Virus record (IMG/VR): IMGVR_UViG_3300037424_001220
Span: 3,109-67,108 of that record
Reading direction: 5' to 3' (one strand)
DNA length: 64,000 nt
DNA from: a virus
Taxonomy: Duplodnaviria; Caudoviricetes
This document shows, one piece after another, positions 9,221 through 17,995 of this stretch. The position numbers and the translations under genes are program-made. The stretch's first letter is position 1, and the number at the start of each line of letters is the position of its first letter. The notes below the pieces were generated by a model, which saw nothing but the letters and a program-made list of their open reading frames with translations, was not told where the DNA came from and searched no databases.

Positions 9221-9415
9221 TTACTTGGACTTCTTCAGGACCACGGCTTTCGCCGCTTCGATCGCGGCTGCTCTACGCTGGTATTCAGGGCCGATGCGTC
9301 GGTCGCCGAAAATCACCTGAAAGCCACCACGCGGCGCGATGGACACGGAAACGGTGATGGAGCCGCTGCTGATGTGTGCCACTGCTCCACGGTCAAAGAC
9401 AACCACGTTGGCCAT
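9221..9415 (-). CDS. hypothetical protein, first gene of the minus-strand block
   Basis: 64 aa; AAGGAG site; flanked by twister copies 6 and 5. Confidence 0.6.
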   Translation of the reverse strand: MANVVVFDRGAVAHISSGSITVSVSIAPRGGFQVIFGDRRIGPEYQRRAAAIEAAKAVVLKKSK

Positions 9416-9427
9416 GATCTCTCCTTG

Positions 9428-9498
9428 CTCGGACTTGGGACCGGGCTGTGCATTAGACGGGCAGGAGGCCGCGTGGCCTCCTCATCCGTCCCCTCTGC
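9428..9498 (-). ncRNA. twister ribozyme, circularly permuted, copy 6
   Basis: GCA GAGGG GACGG...AGGAGGCC-ACGC-GGCCUCCU...CCGUC UAA UGC AC AG CCCGG UCCCAAGU CCGAG; compensatory AC/GU replaces GC/GC in the second pseudoknot; predicted cleavage 9455/9454. Confidence 0.88.
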
Positions 9499-10036
9499 TC
9501 TTCGGCACCTATACAAAGGTGCCACGGCCGTTCGCTGTGCGTTCGCGGGGTATGTGTGGGTCGTGGGACCGTGGGTCCTCGCCACTCCTCTATCGCCCTC
9601 TGGGTCTTGGGCACATGGTGCCTCGCCGTCATGGGGCTCTCGGGACGCGCTAGCTTGCTGGCCGTATGCGTACCCTGTTGCGTTGCCACGGGGGTTACCC
9701 GGGGGGTACGTGCGCGTTGCCTTTGTGGCCCGGGGGTATGGGTGCCCGCCGCACGGCCTACGCTGGCCCGTGCCTTGTGCACCCCGTATGCCCGGGGCGG
9801 CAACACTCGGCCCCCGGTGCGCCGGGGGCCTACTTGGGGGCCGGGGGCCGGGCTGGGTGCCCGGGGCTTCCCGCCTTGCTAGGCTTGCTTTGGGGTGCCG
9901 CCCCCGGGCTTGCCTACCGCCCTCCGCCCGGCTCCTGGTGTCCCGACAAAGCAAAGGTACATTGATTTAAGGGTAATGCCAAGCACAAAAGACAGAGGCC
10001 TATCAGTCACTTAGCGAGGCATCCTGGTAAGATGTT

Positions 10037-10062
10037 GGTGTGACTGGGATTACAGTCACACC
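10037..10062. promoter_or_regulatory. perfect 10-bp inverted repeat in the AT-richer divergent control region
   Basis: GGTGTGACTG-GGATTA-CAGTCACACC between the leftward and rightward gene blocks. Confidence 0.45.
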
Positions 10063-10599
10063 TTATTATGCCTTTTTCCTACAACGTCGGTGCTTTAGAA
10101 TGAGTCAGTTACAACCTTCCGCTCCCTGGCTCGCGCCAGCCTTGGCCTGAGTACCTATACCGACCCCCGAGTTATAGGTGCTCCTAGCTCGCTCCTCAGG
10201 AGGCGACTTTTCCGCCTGTCCCCCCGGACTCTCCCTGCTCGCGAGCGCTCGCGAATGAGGGGGAAAACCTTAGGAGTCCATCATAGCGAAGGACCTGGGG
10301 CTCCCCGGGGACTGCTGAAAAAGTCGCGTCTCAGGACTCCGCGTAGCTCGCGATAGGTCAGTGGTGAATACCTTGCTGGCCAAAACGGAAACGAGCTCCT
10401 TGGCAAGAGCCACAGAGGAAACCGACTCGCGAGCTACCACGCGATACCCCATACAAAGGTGCGGCAACCTGGGGTGCGCCAGCATCCCAGCTACTCCCCG
10501 GGGCTTGCTACCGCCACGCGAATCGCGGTACCTTGCAGGGCAAGCAACGTAAGGTTGCCCGGGGGCACAAGGCTCCCGGCCCCAAGGAGGGAAGAAAAC

Positions 10600-10992
10600 A
10601 TGGTCGAGCAGAAGAAGAACCCCACCGCTCCCGCCGGCAAGCCCGCGAAGAAGGCTCCCGCTCCCGCCGCTCCGAAGCTCGGGCGGTACATGAAGCGGTT
10701 CGTGGATGGCGCTCGCGGCGAGCTCCGCTTCACGGCTCTCGAGAAGAAGGACGGCACCGCGGAGTCCTACGCGATCCACGTGGTGCGTGGCGAGGACGGC
10801 AAGAAGATCAAGGAGCAGAGCCGTGGACGCGGGGCGAGCCAGAAGCACGCGAACTTCGAGGACTCCAAGAAGGCCGTCGACGCCAGCGTGGACTTCGCCG
10901 TGAAGCAGGGATGGACGGCCGTGGTGCCCAAGACCGGCGGGCGGAAGGACGCGTTCGATCTCACCGCGCTCCCGGCTCCCACCAAGAAGTAG
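10600..10992 (+). CDS. WGR-like domain protein with a Lys/Ala/Pro-rich N-terminus
   Basis: AAGGAGG site; GRGA..H and AVKQGW pattern; paralogous to 11449-11862. Confidence 0.55.
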   Translation: MVEQKKNPTAPAGKPAKKAPAPAAPKLGRYMKRFVDGARGELRFTALEKKDGTAESYAIHVVRGEDGKKIKEQSRGRGASQKHANFEDSKKAVDASVDFAVKQGWTAVVPKTGGRKDAFDLTALPAPTKK

Positions 10993-11026
10993 ATCTCGGC
11001 CTCGGCGGCGTCGTCGTTTGTGCGTG

Positions 11027-11070
11027 CGGCCCCGGAGGGTGCATCCCACCTCCGGGGCCGTTGATTTTTT
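11027..11070 (+). terminator. probable intrinsic terminator
   Basis: CGGCCCCGGAGG/CCTCCGGGGCCG 12-bp stem followed by TTGATTTTTT. Confidence 0.65.
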
Positions 11071-11109
11071 AGCTTGGGGTGCCTTGCCAAAATATGCTAG
11101 CGTGCGGGG

Positions 11110-11452
11110 CATGGCTCGTTTAACCAAGCCTAGAGCGTCCCAACTCTCACTCGAGTTCATGGTGTTGGGTGTCAGTTCTCCGCCACCGCCCCAAGATGCA
11201 CCTCCCGTTCCGGTTAACCCGGTGCGTGCGCTGGCTGCGCGGCTCAGTGCTGAGGAGGATCCCTGGTACCAGTGGGCTACGCGTCCTCGTGGTCCAAGAC
11301 AGCGGTACGAGGACGTGATGCTACAGATCCGTCGCGACCTCGCGGTCCTCAAGGAACCGAAGGAGTATCACCCCGATGACTCCTTCTACGAGAAACGGAT
11401 CGTTGCTTTCCGAGTGGAAGCTCTTGAGCTAGCGAAGGAGCTCGGTCTATGA
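11110..11452 (+). CDS. hypothetical protein
   Basis: ATG at 11110; stop overlaps the next ATG. Confidence 0.5.
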
Positions 11453-11862
11453 AGCAGAGCATCGTCTTCGAGTTGGATCAGGTGCGTTTCACCTTGGTCC
11501 TCGAGAAGTTGAACGATGGACGGTACTGTACCTCGGCTGTTCATTCCAAGTTTGGCCGTGGAGCTACCAAGACTCACGCCACTTACAAGGCTGCGTATCG
11601 ATGCTGGACTAGAATGGAGGCCGATGCGCTGAAGCTTGGATGGCCACGACGAGTGATCTCGCAGATCGATCTCCGTCCCCCTTCGCCCATGTTGCTCACG
11701 GAGGACGGTCGCAAGCTCTTCAGGGACTCTCGGACCGGTGAGTATCACGAGGACATCTCCTCCTCACGTCCCCTCCTTCTTGCTCGCGATCCTGTGGTGG
11801 CACAGCCTGCTGACGAGGAGGATCACTTCTTGATTGAGAGTCTGCCAAGGCCGACGCGTTGA
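11449..11862 (+). CDS. WGR-like domain protein
   Basis: RFTLVLEK...FGRGATKTH...ALKLGW; aligns with 10600-10992. Confidence 0.5.
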   Translation: MKQSIVFELDQVRFTLVLEKLNDGRYCTSAVHSKFGRGATKTHATYKAAYRCWTRMEADALKLGWPRRVISQIDLRPPSPMLLTEDGRKLFRDSRTGEYHEDISSSRPLLLARDPVVAQPADEEDHFLIESLPRPTR

Positions 11863-13685
11863 GACAAGGCAATCTCTTCGAGCATGTCTCGCAGGACCGC
11901 CCGGGCTGGCGTCCTCCGGACCCACCGAGTCTACGTGGCCGCTGCAAACGTGTCTTTCTAGACTTCGAGACGACCGGACTGCGGTGGTGGGGCGGTGACC
12001 GTCCTGTAGGACTGGCCGCTGCTACGCCGGATGGACACACGTGGTATCTACCCGTGGGACATGCCGGTGGGAACCTTGACGAGGAGTCCGTTCGTCGATG
12101 GATGCGGCAAGAGCTTCCAGGAATGGAAGTAGGCTTCTTCAACGCTCCCTTTGACGTGAACGTCGCCTACTCATGGGGTGTAGATCTCGAAGCTCTTGGT
12201 TGCCGTCTGTTCGACATTGGCAACTACGCTGCGCTTCTCGAGGAGGATCGATGGGCTAGCTCCTCGCTCGACTCGGTGTCCCTCCACTACTTGAACCACG
12301 GCAAACTCAGGACCGGGCTGAACATGGCCCGCCTGAAGGACTACCATGCCGCGGATGTGGCTGATTACGCGGAGAGGGACGTTCTGTTACTGACGGAGCT
12401 CGATCCGATCTTCAGAGGTAAGATTCAGGAACAAGAGCTCAATGTTGTTGCCGAACTAGAGAACGATCTCATCCCCGTTACGTGTTCCATGGTGCGCGAG
12501 GGAGTGCCCGTAGACGAGGAGAAGCTCCACAGATGGATAGCGCAGTCCGAGAAGGACTTCGTAACCTGCCTGTGGGAATTACACCGCATGACCGGGATGA
12601 AAGTGGCTGTGGGATCACACGCCTCACTCATCGAGCTCTTTAGGCTACTGAAGGTTCCTCCTCCAATCGGTGAGCCTGGATCACCGGAGGAAGGACGAAT
12701 CACCTTCAAGAAGGATCTGCTTCGGCACTATGACCATCCGGTTCTTAAGATACTCTACAAGGCCCGGATGCTCGCCAGCTTGCGTAGCAAATACCTCCTT
12801 CGCTATGCTGAGGAGGTCCGGCGCAATGGGCTCCTTCGCTACTCGCTACACCAAATGCGCGTGGACGACGATGGTGGCACCATCTCGGGACGGTACTCTT
12901 GTACGTCCTTCGGCACTGATCCTGATGAAGGGATCAATATCCAACAGGTTGCGGGCAAGAAGCATGCTCGCTACGTTGCCGATGATGCAGCGCTCTCCGG
13001 GTATAAGGTGCGTGAGCTATTCTTGCCTGCCGTTGGACAACTATCGTTAGATGCGGATGCGGACCAGATTGAGTACCGGTTCTTCGCACACTACGCACAG
13101 CCTCCTACCGTGATGGAGGCTTACCGAAAGGATCCACATACCGATTTCCACAATGTGGTGTGGGAGTTATTGAAACAGGTGAAGGGTGACATCACCCGTG
13201 ACCTGGTCAAGGATTGTAACTTTGCGGCACTCTACGGTGCTGGTGTGGACAAGTGGTCCCGCATGATGCAGATCTCCGAGAAGGAGGCTCGGAAGGTCTA
13301 CCACACATACCACTCACAGTTCCCCGAAGCCAAGAAGCTCCTTGAGCGGGCTTCCAACACCGCACGGAAGCGGGGCTTTGTGCGTACCATTCTCGGTCGT
13401 AGAGCGCGGTTCCCACGTAAGACACAACTCTACTCGGCGCTGAACCGTGTGATCCAGGGCTCGGCGGCCGACGAGATGAAGACCAAACTTCTAGCGTTGC
13501 ACAAGGCACGACGCGACACGGGCTTTAGGCTGCGCTTCACGGTTCATGACGAGGTCGTTGGTGACGTTCCGGATCTTGCCGCTAAGGAGCGTGTGAGGAC
13601 CATCCTCAACACGCAGATGTTGAACACCCGGGTGCCCCTCTTCTGGAAGGTGGGCACCGGGCCAAACTGGAAGGAGTGTAAGTGA
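11859..13685 (+). CDS. polA: DNA polymerase, family A (3'-5' exonuclease plus polymerase, no 5' nuclease)
   Basis: ExoI LDFETTG, ExoII FNAPFD, ExoIII YAERD; motif A DADQIEYR, motif B RDLVKDCNFAALYG, motif C VHDE. Confidence 0.95.
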   Translation: MRQGNLFEHVSQDRPGWRPPDPPSLRGRCKRVFLDFETTGLRWWGGDRPVGLAAATPDGHTWYLPVGHAGGNLDEESVRRWMRQELPGMEVGFFNAPFDVNVAYSWGVDLEALGCRLFDIGNYAALLEEDRWASSSLDSVSLHYLNHGKLRTGLNMARLKDYHAADVADYAERDVLLLTELDPIFRGKIQEQELNVVAELENDLIPVTCSMVREGVPVDEEKLHRWIAQSEKDFVTCLWELHRMTGMKVAVGSHASLIELFRLLKVPPPIGEPGSPEEGRITFKKDLLRHYDHPVLKILYKARMLASLRSKYLLRYAEEVRRNGLLRYSLHQMRVDDDGGTISGRYSCTSFGTDPDEGINIQQVAGKKHARYVADDAALSGYKVRELFLPAVGQLSLDADADQIEYRFFAHYAQPPTVMEAYRKDPHTDFHNVVWELLKQVKGDITRDLVKDCNFAALYGAGVDKWSRMMQISEKEARKVYHTYHSQFPEAKKLLERASNTARKRGFVRTILGRRARFPRKTQLYSALNRVIQGSAADEMKTKLLALHKARRDTGFRLRFTVHDEVVGDVPDLAAKERVRTILNTQMLNTRVPLFWKVGTGPNWKECK

Positions 13686-14248
13686 ACACGATCACAACGT
13701 ATACAGGCCGGGAGGTGAATCCTCTCGAGATGCAACCCGGTGACGTTTGCATCGAGGATCTCGCTCACGCTCTCGCGCTCTGCAACAGATTCGCGGGGCA
13801 CTCGCGCTTTCCGATCAATGTGGCACAGCACAGCATCCTTGTTTCACTGCTCTGCGACAGCAACCACGACCATGCTCTAGCTGGACTGCTCCACGACGGG
13901 AGTGAGGCGTACCTGGGCGACGTGACCAAGTGGCTGAAGAAATCCCCGGAGATGGAAGGCTATCGGCGTGCTGAGCACCGAGCGCAGAACTGCGTCTACG
14001 TGGCTTTCAATCTTCAGCCGTACTCGCGGGACACCGTCGAGTGGGCTGATCAGCTTGCGGTAAGATACGAGTTCGAGCTCGCCTTTGGCCGGGGACAGAA
14101 CGTCGAAGGGTATGGTGCCCCGAGCCATGGGGAGCGGGCTCGGCTATACCGTATGAGTGTCGAGAATCCACAACTGTGGAGGCCTTACATGACGTGGCAG
14201 GAATCTGAGATGGCATTCCTGCATCGCTTCAGAGACCTCACTCAGTGA
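13682..14248 (+). CDS. HD-domain 5'-deoxynucleotidase (YfbR-like)
   Basis: IEDLAHAL...NRFAGH...VAQHS...GLLHDGSEAYLGDV. Confidence 0.85.
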   Translation: MNTITTYTGREVNPLEMQPGDVCIEDLAHALALCNRFAGHSRFPINVAQHSILVSLLCDSNHDHALAGLLHDGSEAYLGDVTKWLKKSPEMEGYRRAEHRAQNCVYVAFNLQPYSRDTVEWADQLAVRYEFELAFGRGQNVEGYGAPSHGERARLYRMSVENPQLWRPYMTWQESEMAFLHRFRDLTQ

Positions 14249-14724
14249 GCCGTCCGATCATCGTCGGCGAAGGGCCAAGCCCTAGGTTCCTAAGAACACC
14301 GAACATCCATCCGCTCTTCGGCCCTCCAACCCGGGTGATCTGTGACCTCGCTGGTTTCAACGCCACGTCTGCGCGGCCGTTGAAGGCAAACGTACAACGC
14401 TACGTTTGGCTCAGGGGTCGTGCTCGTCTTGAGAACCTGTGCGCTCGGAAGTGGGACTTGAGGGAGGCGGAGTCGAAGGCAACACGTCTTCTCTACGAGG
14501 CTCCCTTCACCACGTTCATTCTTCTTGGTCGCAAGGTTGCCCGTGCCTTCGGCCGAAGGGATCAGCCGTTCTTTGAGCGACATCATCGCTCCCTGATGGG
14601 ACACGCTATCATCGTGATCCCACACCCCAGCGGCCTTAATCGACTCTATAACGAACCGGACATTCGCGCGAGGGCGGTCGGCATCCTAGCCGATTTTTTA
14701 TCCTTGCGTTCCACCAAAAAATAG
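14245..14724 (+). CDS. uracil-DNA glycosylase-like fold protein
   Basis: IIVGEGPS, ILLGRKVA, IPHPSGLNR motifs of the UDG superfamily. Confidence 0.65.
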   Translation: MSRPIIVGEGPSPRFLRTPNIHPLFGPPTRVICDLAGFNATSARPLKANVQRYVWLRGRARLENLCARKWDLREAESKATRLLYEAPFTTFILLGRKVARAFGRRDQPFFERHHRSLMGHAIIVIPHPSGLNRLYNEPDIRARAVGILADFLSLRSTKK

Positions 14725-14733
14725 TGCTATAAA
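14704..14733 (+). promoter_or_regulatory. possible sigma70-type promoter for the DNA modification cluster
   Basis: TTGCGT-18 nt-TATAAA with TG at the extended -10 position; local AT-rich patch. Confidence 0.45.
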
Positions 14734-14742
14734 GAGGTTCCA

Positions 14743-15633
14743 ATGTTGCAAACAGGCATGCCCAGCAAGGTCCTGGAGAGTTCCTTCTTCGAGACCGCCC
14801 GGGAACGCTATCAGATGATGCTCCGACGACAGGAGCGTTCCGGACCTGGATGGGGACCGGAGGGTTCTTGGTGGACCGAGGATCCGATCCTCGCCTCGTG
14901 GCGCTTCTGCAACGTGCACCGCGAGGACGACAGAACCACGGTCTGGTTCCGGGACAACATTCGTTCCAAGCTCCATGGCCTAAAGGTAGTTCAGGCCACC
15001 GTGGCGTTCCGCTGGTTCAATCGCATCGAGACTGGCGAGATCATCAAGGACATGCTCCTTGAGCCAAAGAGCTGGAACTGGCAGAAGGCACACAAACGTC
15101 TTCATGAGCAGCTCCGCTCTCGTGGTCACGCCGTGGTCACGGGTGCTTACATCATCAACGGGATGCCCGGTTACGCGAAACTCGAGGGAGTGCTGGCATG
15201 CATCGATCGAGCACTCCCTGTCCTCGACCGGCTCTGGCCGCAACTCGAGGGAGCTAACCTCGAGACCGCGCACACGCTCCTTCACCGCAACATCGTCGGC
15301 TTCGGCTCCTTCATGGCTTACGAGGTGGTCTCGGATCTTCGTTGGACCGATGCTCTCACCCCAGCCGATGCGCTCACGTGGGCCGTACCCGGGCCGGGCT
15401 GTGCTCGGGGTCTTGGTCGCGTGATGGCCAACGATCCCAACTTCTTCGGGAACTCCCTCGACGACCGCAAGACCATGTTCGAGCTGATGCATCACCTTCT
15501 GTACGTGTCCAGGACCGAGTGGCCGCGTGAGTGGCGTCGGTGGGAGATGCGCGAGGTCGAACATTGGGCTTGCGAGTTCGACAAGTACGAACGGGCTCGC
15601 GGCGGTTCTCGTCTCAAGAGGAGATACCCGTGA
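14743..15633 (+). CDS. aGPT-pyrophosphorylase / 5-hmdU DNA kinase helical-domain family protein (thymine hypermodification)
   Basis: WRFCNVHREDDRTT, FRWFNRIETG, GFGSFMAYEVVSDL, PGPGCARGL, EVEHWACEFDKY; neighbours a dUMP hydroxymethylase-like gene. Confidence 0.75.
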   Translation: MLQTGMPSKVLESSFFETARERYQMMLRRQERSGPGWGPEGSWWTEDPILASWRFCNVHREDDRTTVWFRDNIRSKLHGLKVVQATVAFRWFNRIETGEIIKDMLLEPKSWNWQKAHKRLHEQLRSRGHAVVTGAYIINGMPGYAKLEGVLACIDRALPVLDRLWPQLEGANLETAHTLLHRNIVGFGSFMAYEVVSDLRWTDALTPADALTWAVPGPGCARGLGRVMANDPNFFGNSLDDRKTMFELMHHLLYVSRTEWPREWRRWEMREVEHWACEFDKYERARGGSRLKRRYP

Positions 15634-16031
15634 AGGCTGAGAAGCGGGACCAGTTCATCGGGATCTACGTCACGCGTCAGGTGCGCCGTCTTCTTCAAGA
15701 GGAGGCCACCAAGCGGGGCGTCTCGATGTCGGTCTTGGCCTACAACTACATCGCCGATGGAATGGGCACCAAACGTGTTGATCTCATACCACGTAACGGT
15801 TCCCGGCCTGGGCGAAAGATGGCCATTCGTGGTCGTCTCTCTCCCATACTGCGCGCGGCCATCATCACGAGCCCGTTCACCAGAGCGGCGTTGGCCATGC
15901 GTGTTGGCCTGAGCAATAGGATGCTCACTCACATGGTTCGAGGAGAGGACGCTCCTCTGACAGAAAGCACCTTGGCCCGTCTTCGTATTCTGGCCAAGAT
16001 CTTGAAGCACACGGGAGAGGTTACGGAATGA
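15630..16031 (+). CDS. ribbon-helix-helix plus helix-turn-helix regulator
   Basis: FIGIYVTRQVRRLLQEEATKRGVSMSVLAYNYI (RHH); TRAALAMRVGLSNRMLTHMVRG (HTH). Confidence 0.6.
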   Translation: MKAEKRDQFIGIYVTRQVRRLLQEEATKRGVSMSVLAYNYIADGMGTKRVDLIPRNGSRPGRKMAIRGRLSPILRAAIITSPFTRAALAMRVGLSNRMLTHMVRGEDAPLTESTLARLRILAKILKHTGEVTE

Positions 16032-16819
16032 GGATCGTGATTCCAACGCGAGGACGCACTGGTCAACAACTCACGCTGAACGGCTCAGCATCGAGCTCTG
16101 GTCTACCAAAAGAGCTCTATCCCAACGTCACCATCGTCTGCCCGGCGGGTGAGGCCCGGTATCACACGACGCGTGTCCAGGTGGTGGCCCAGCCGGACGC
16201 TACGTGGACCATCGCACGTAAGCGTCGGTGGATTCTCGAGGAGCTGTGCGCCAAGGACGAGAAGGTGGTGATGCTCGATGACGATCTTCGCTTCTGCGTC
16301 CGCCGCGAGGACAATCCGATGTACTTCCGTAGCGCGAAGCCGGAAGACGTTCTTCGTGCTTTCAAAGAGCTCGAGGAGCAGCTCTCACCTCAGGTGCCGC
16401 ATGCAGGATTCGCCGCACGGCAGATGAGCATCAACCCGGCGGCACAACGCGGTGGATGGCAGACGGCCAAGCGCATGATGTACGTACTTGGCTACCACGT
16501 GCCAACGGTGCTAGCCAACGCGGAGCTCGGTCGGATCGAGACGCGAGAAGACTTCGATCTCACGCTTCAGCTCCTCGTGAAGGGCTTCCCCAACGCGGTG
16601 AGCTATACCTATCAGGTCGATCAGAAGATCGATCGTCCTGGTGGATGCACCGGCGAACGCACGTGGGAGCGCAGCAACGCTGACGCCCTGAAGCTCAAGG
16701 AGTACTTCCCCGAGTTCGTCAAGGTCATCGAGAAGAAGTACCGGGACAACACTCGGTTGGAGGTTCAGGTCCAGTGGCAAAAAATCCTTCGCGCCCACGT
16801 CAACAGCCCCCGTGGCTAG
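16028..16819 (+). CDS. TET/JBP-associated (GREB1/JGT-like) GT-A glycosyltransferase
   Basis: IVIPTRGR, VMLDDD, REDFDLTLQLLVKG, PGGC motifs. Confidence 0.75.
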   Translation: MRIVIPTRGRTGQQLTLNGSASSSGLPKELYPNVTIVCPAGEARYHTTRVQVVAQPDATWTIARKRRWILEELCAKDEKVVMLDDDLRFCVRREDNPMYFRSAKPEDVLRAFKELEEQLSPQVPHAGFAARQMSINPAAQRGGWQTAKRMMYVLGYHVPTVLANAELGRIETREDFDLTLQLLVKGFPNAVSYTYQVDQKIDRPGGCTGERTWERSNADALKLKEYFPEFVKVIEKKYRDNTRLEVQVQWQKILRAHVNSPRG

Positions 16820-17538
16820 GACCCCGGCTTGGCCGGGGTACAGGCTCCATCATCGCGAAGAACGGTGTGATCCTGAAGATCACGGATCGCGACGAGCTCT
16901 CTCTTCTCACCGGAACCACGGATGCGTTCGTTCCGGTGAACACATGGTGGCGCACCGGGCCGAACACCGTTGAACTGGAGATGCCTCGACTGATCGAGGC
17001 TACGGCAGCAGATGATCCCTATCCTCCGCTGAAGCACGGTCTCGAGACGTTGGCTCAGTTCCTTTGGTCACAGGACGACCTGACGCCACATCTTGGATGG
17101 CGTGAGAAGCTCCTGTCCCATCTCATCCGCATACGATGTACCTCAGGTGTTCGACACCTAGTCGAGAAGGATCTGCCCGAGGCACCAGATCGACAGTGCC
17201 GCATCCACGGTGATGCTACGCTGGCCAACCTGCTCTTCGACTCACAGCGCATGCGGTGGGTCTGGTGCGATCCACTACGGCGTCCCTACATACCCGGGGA
17301 TCCACTGGTTGACCTTGGCAAGATGTTCCAGTCATGCTGGGGCTACGAGCGGGTACTCATCGAGGACGCGACACCATCCCTAGACGAACAGATGGCCGAC
17401 CGCTTGGCCAACATCGCGGGGCTGAACTACGACGACGCGATGCGTTGGTGTCACGTGCACATCGTGCGGCTCCTGCCGTACCAGACTCGCCACGTGGCGG
17501 ATCGCTTCGTGGAGGTACTGACTGATGTGGGTCTTTGA
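16774..17538 (+). CDS. APH/choline kinase-like phosphotransferase
   Basis: IHGDATLANLLF, WCDP, DPLVDLGKMFQS; exact start uncertain. Confidence 0.75.
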   Translation: MAKNPSRPRQQPPWLGPRLGRGTGSIIAKNGVILKITDRDELSLLTGTTDAFVPVNTWWRTGPNTVELEMPRLIEATAADDPYPPLKHGLETLAQFLWSQDDLTPHLGWREKLLSHLIRIRCTSGVRHLVEKDLPEAPDRQCRIHGDATLANLLFDSQRMRWVWCDPLRRPYIPGDPLVDLGKMFQSCWGYERVLIEDATPSLDEQMADRLANIAGLNYDDAMRWCHVHIVRLLPYQTRHVADRFVEVLTDVGL

Positions 17539-17995
17539 TCTCGACGGTACGTTGCTTGACACCCGGCGGGCCGTGGAGGAGGCGTATCTCGCCGTCGGCG
17601 TGACGATGCCCCCGGGTGCTTGGGGAAAGCCTTGGGAGGAGTGGCTGAAGGAGGAGGACTTTCACCGCCGTAAGAACATCGTCTATCCCTTTGCCCTGGC
17701 CATCTACGGGAAGCGCCTCCCCCTACTGGCCCATGCTCTACGTCTACAAGCATGGGTCATCACGGGTGCGTCACATGAGGCGGCCAACGCAGTCAAGGAG
17801 GTGATGGAGCCTAAGCTTCGCATCGTTGTCACGGGAGCCACTCTTGCGCAGAAGGCCACGTGGCTCGATCGCCTGAAGCCTGGGGCCTACGTGGACGATA
17901 ACGCTGATGCACGTCTGTACATTTTTCAACGTACACAGTGGAGAGTCCTTTCTCCCGAAGAGGCTATCGAGCAGCTCGAGGAGGCGACCAGATGA
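17525..17995 (+). CDS. HAD-family phosphatase
   Basis: VFDLDGTLLDT motif I; ITG; YVDDN motif IV. Confidence 0.85.
   Translation: MWVFDLDGTLLDTRRAVEEAYLAVGVTMPPGAWGKPWEEWLKEEDFHRRKNIVYPFALAIYGKRLPLLAHALRLQAWVITGASHEAANAVKEVMEPKLRIVVTGATLAQKATWLDRLKPGAYVDDNADARLYIFQRTQWRVLSPEEAIEQLEEATR

Noticed and set aside
10535-10590. GCAGGGCAAG start resembling a twister-sister ribozyme
   Set aside because: No GUGCAAG loop or GCUCAU cleavage segment; explained by simple hairpins before the RBS
12920-12940. CTGATGA hammerhead-like cores (also near 24373 and 60221)
   Set aside because: All lie inside coding sequence without the flanking stems and GAAA
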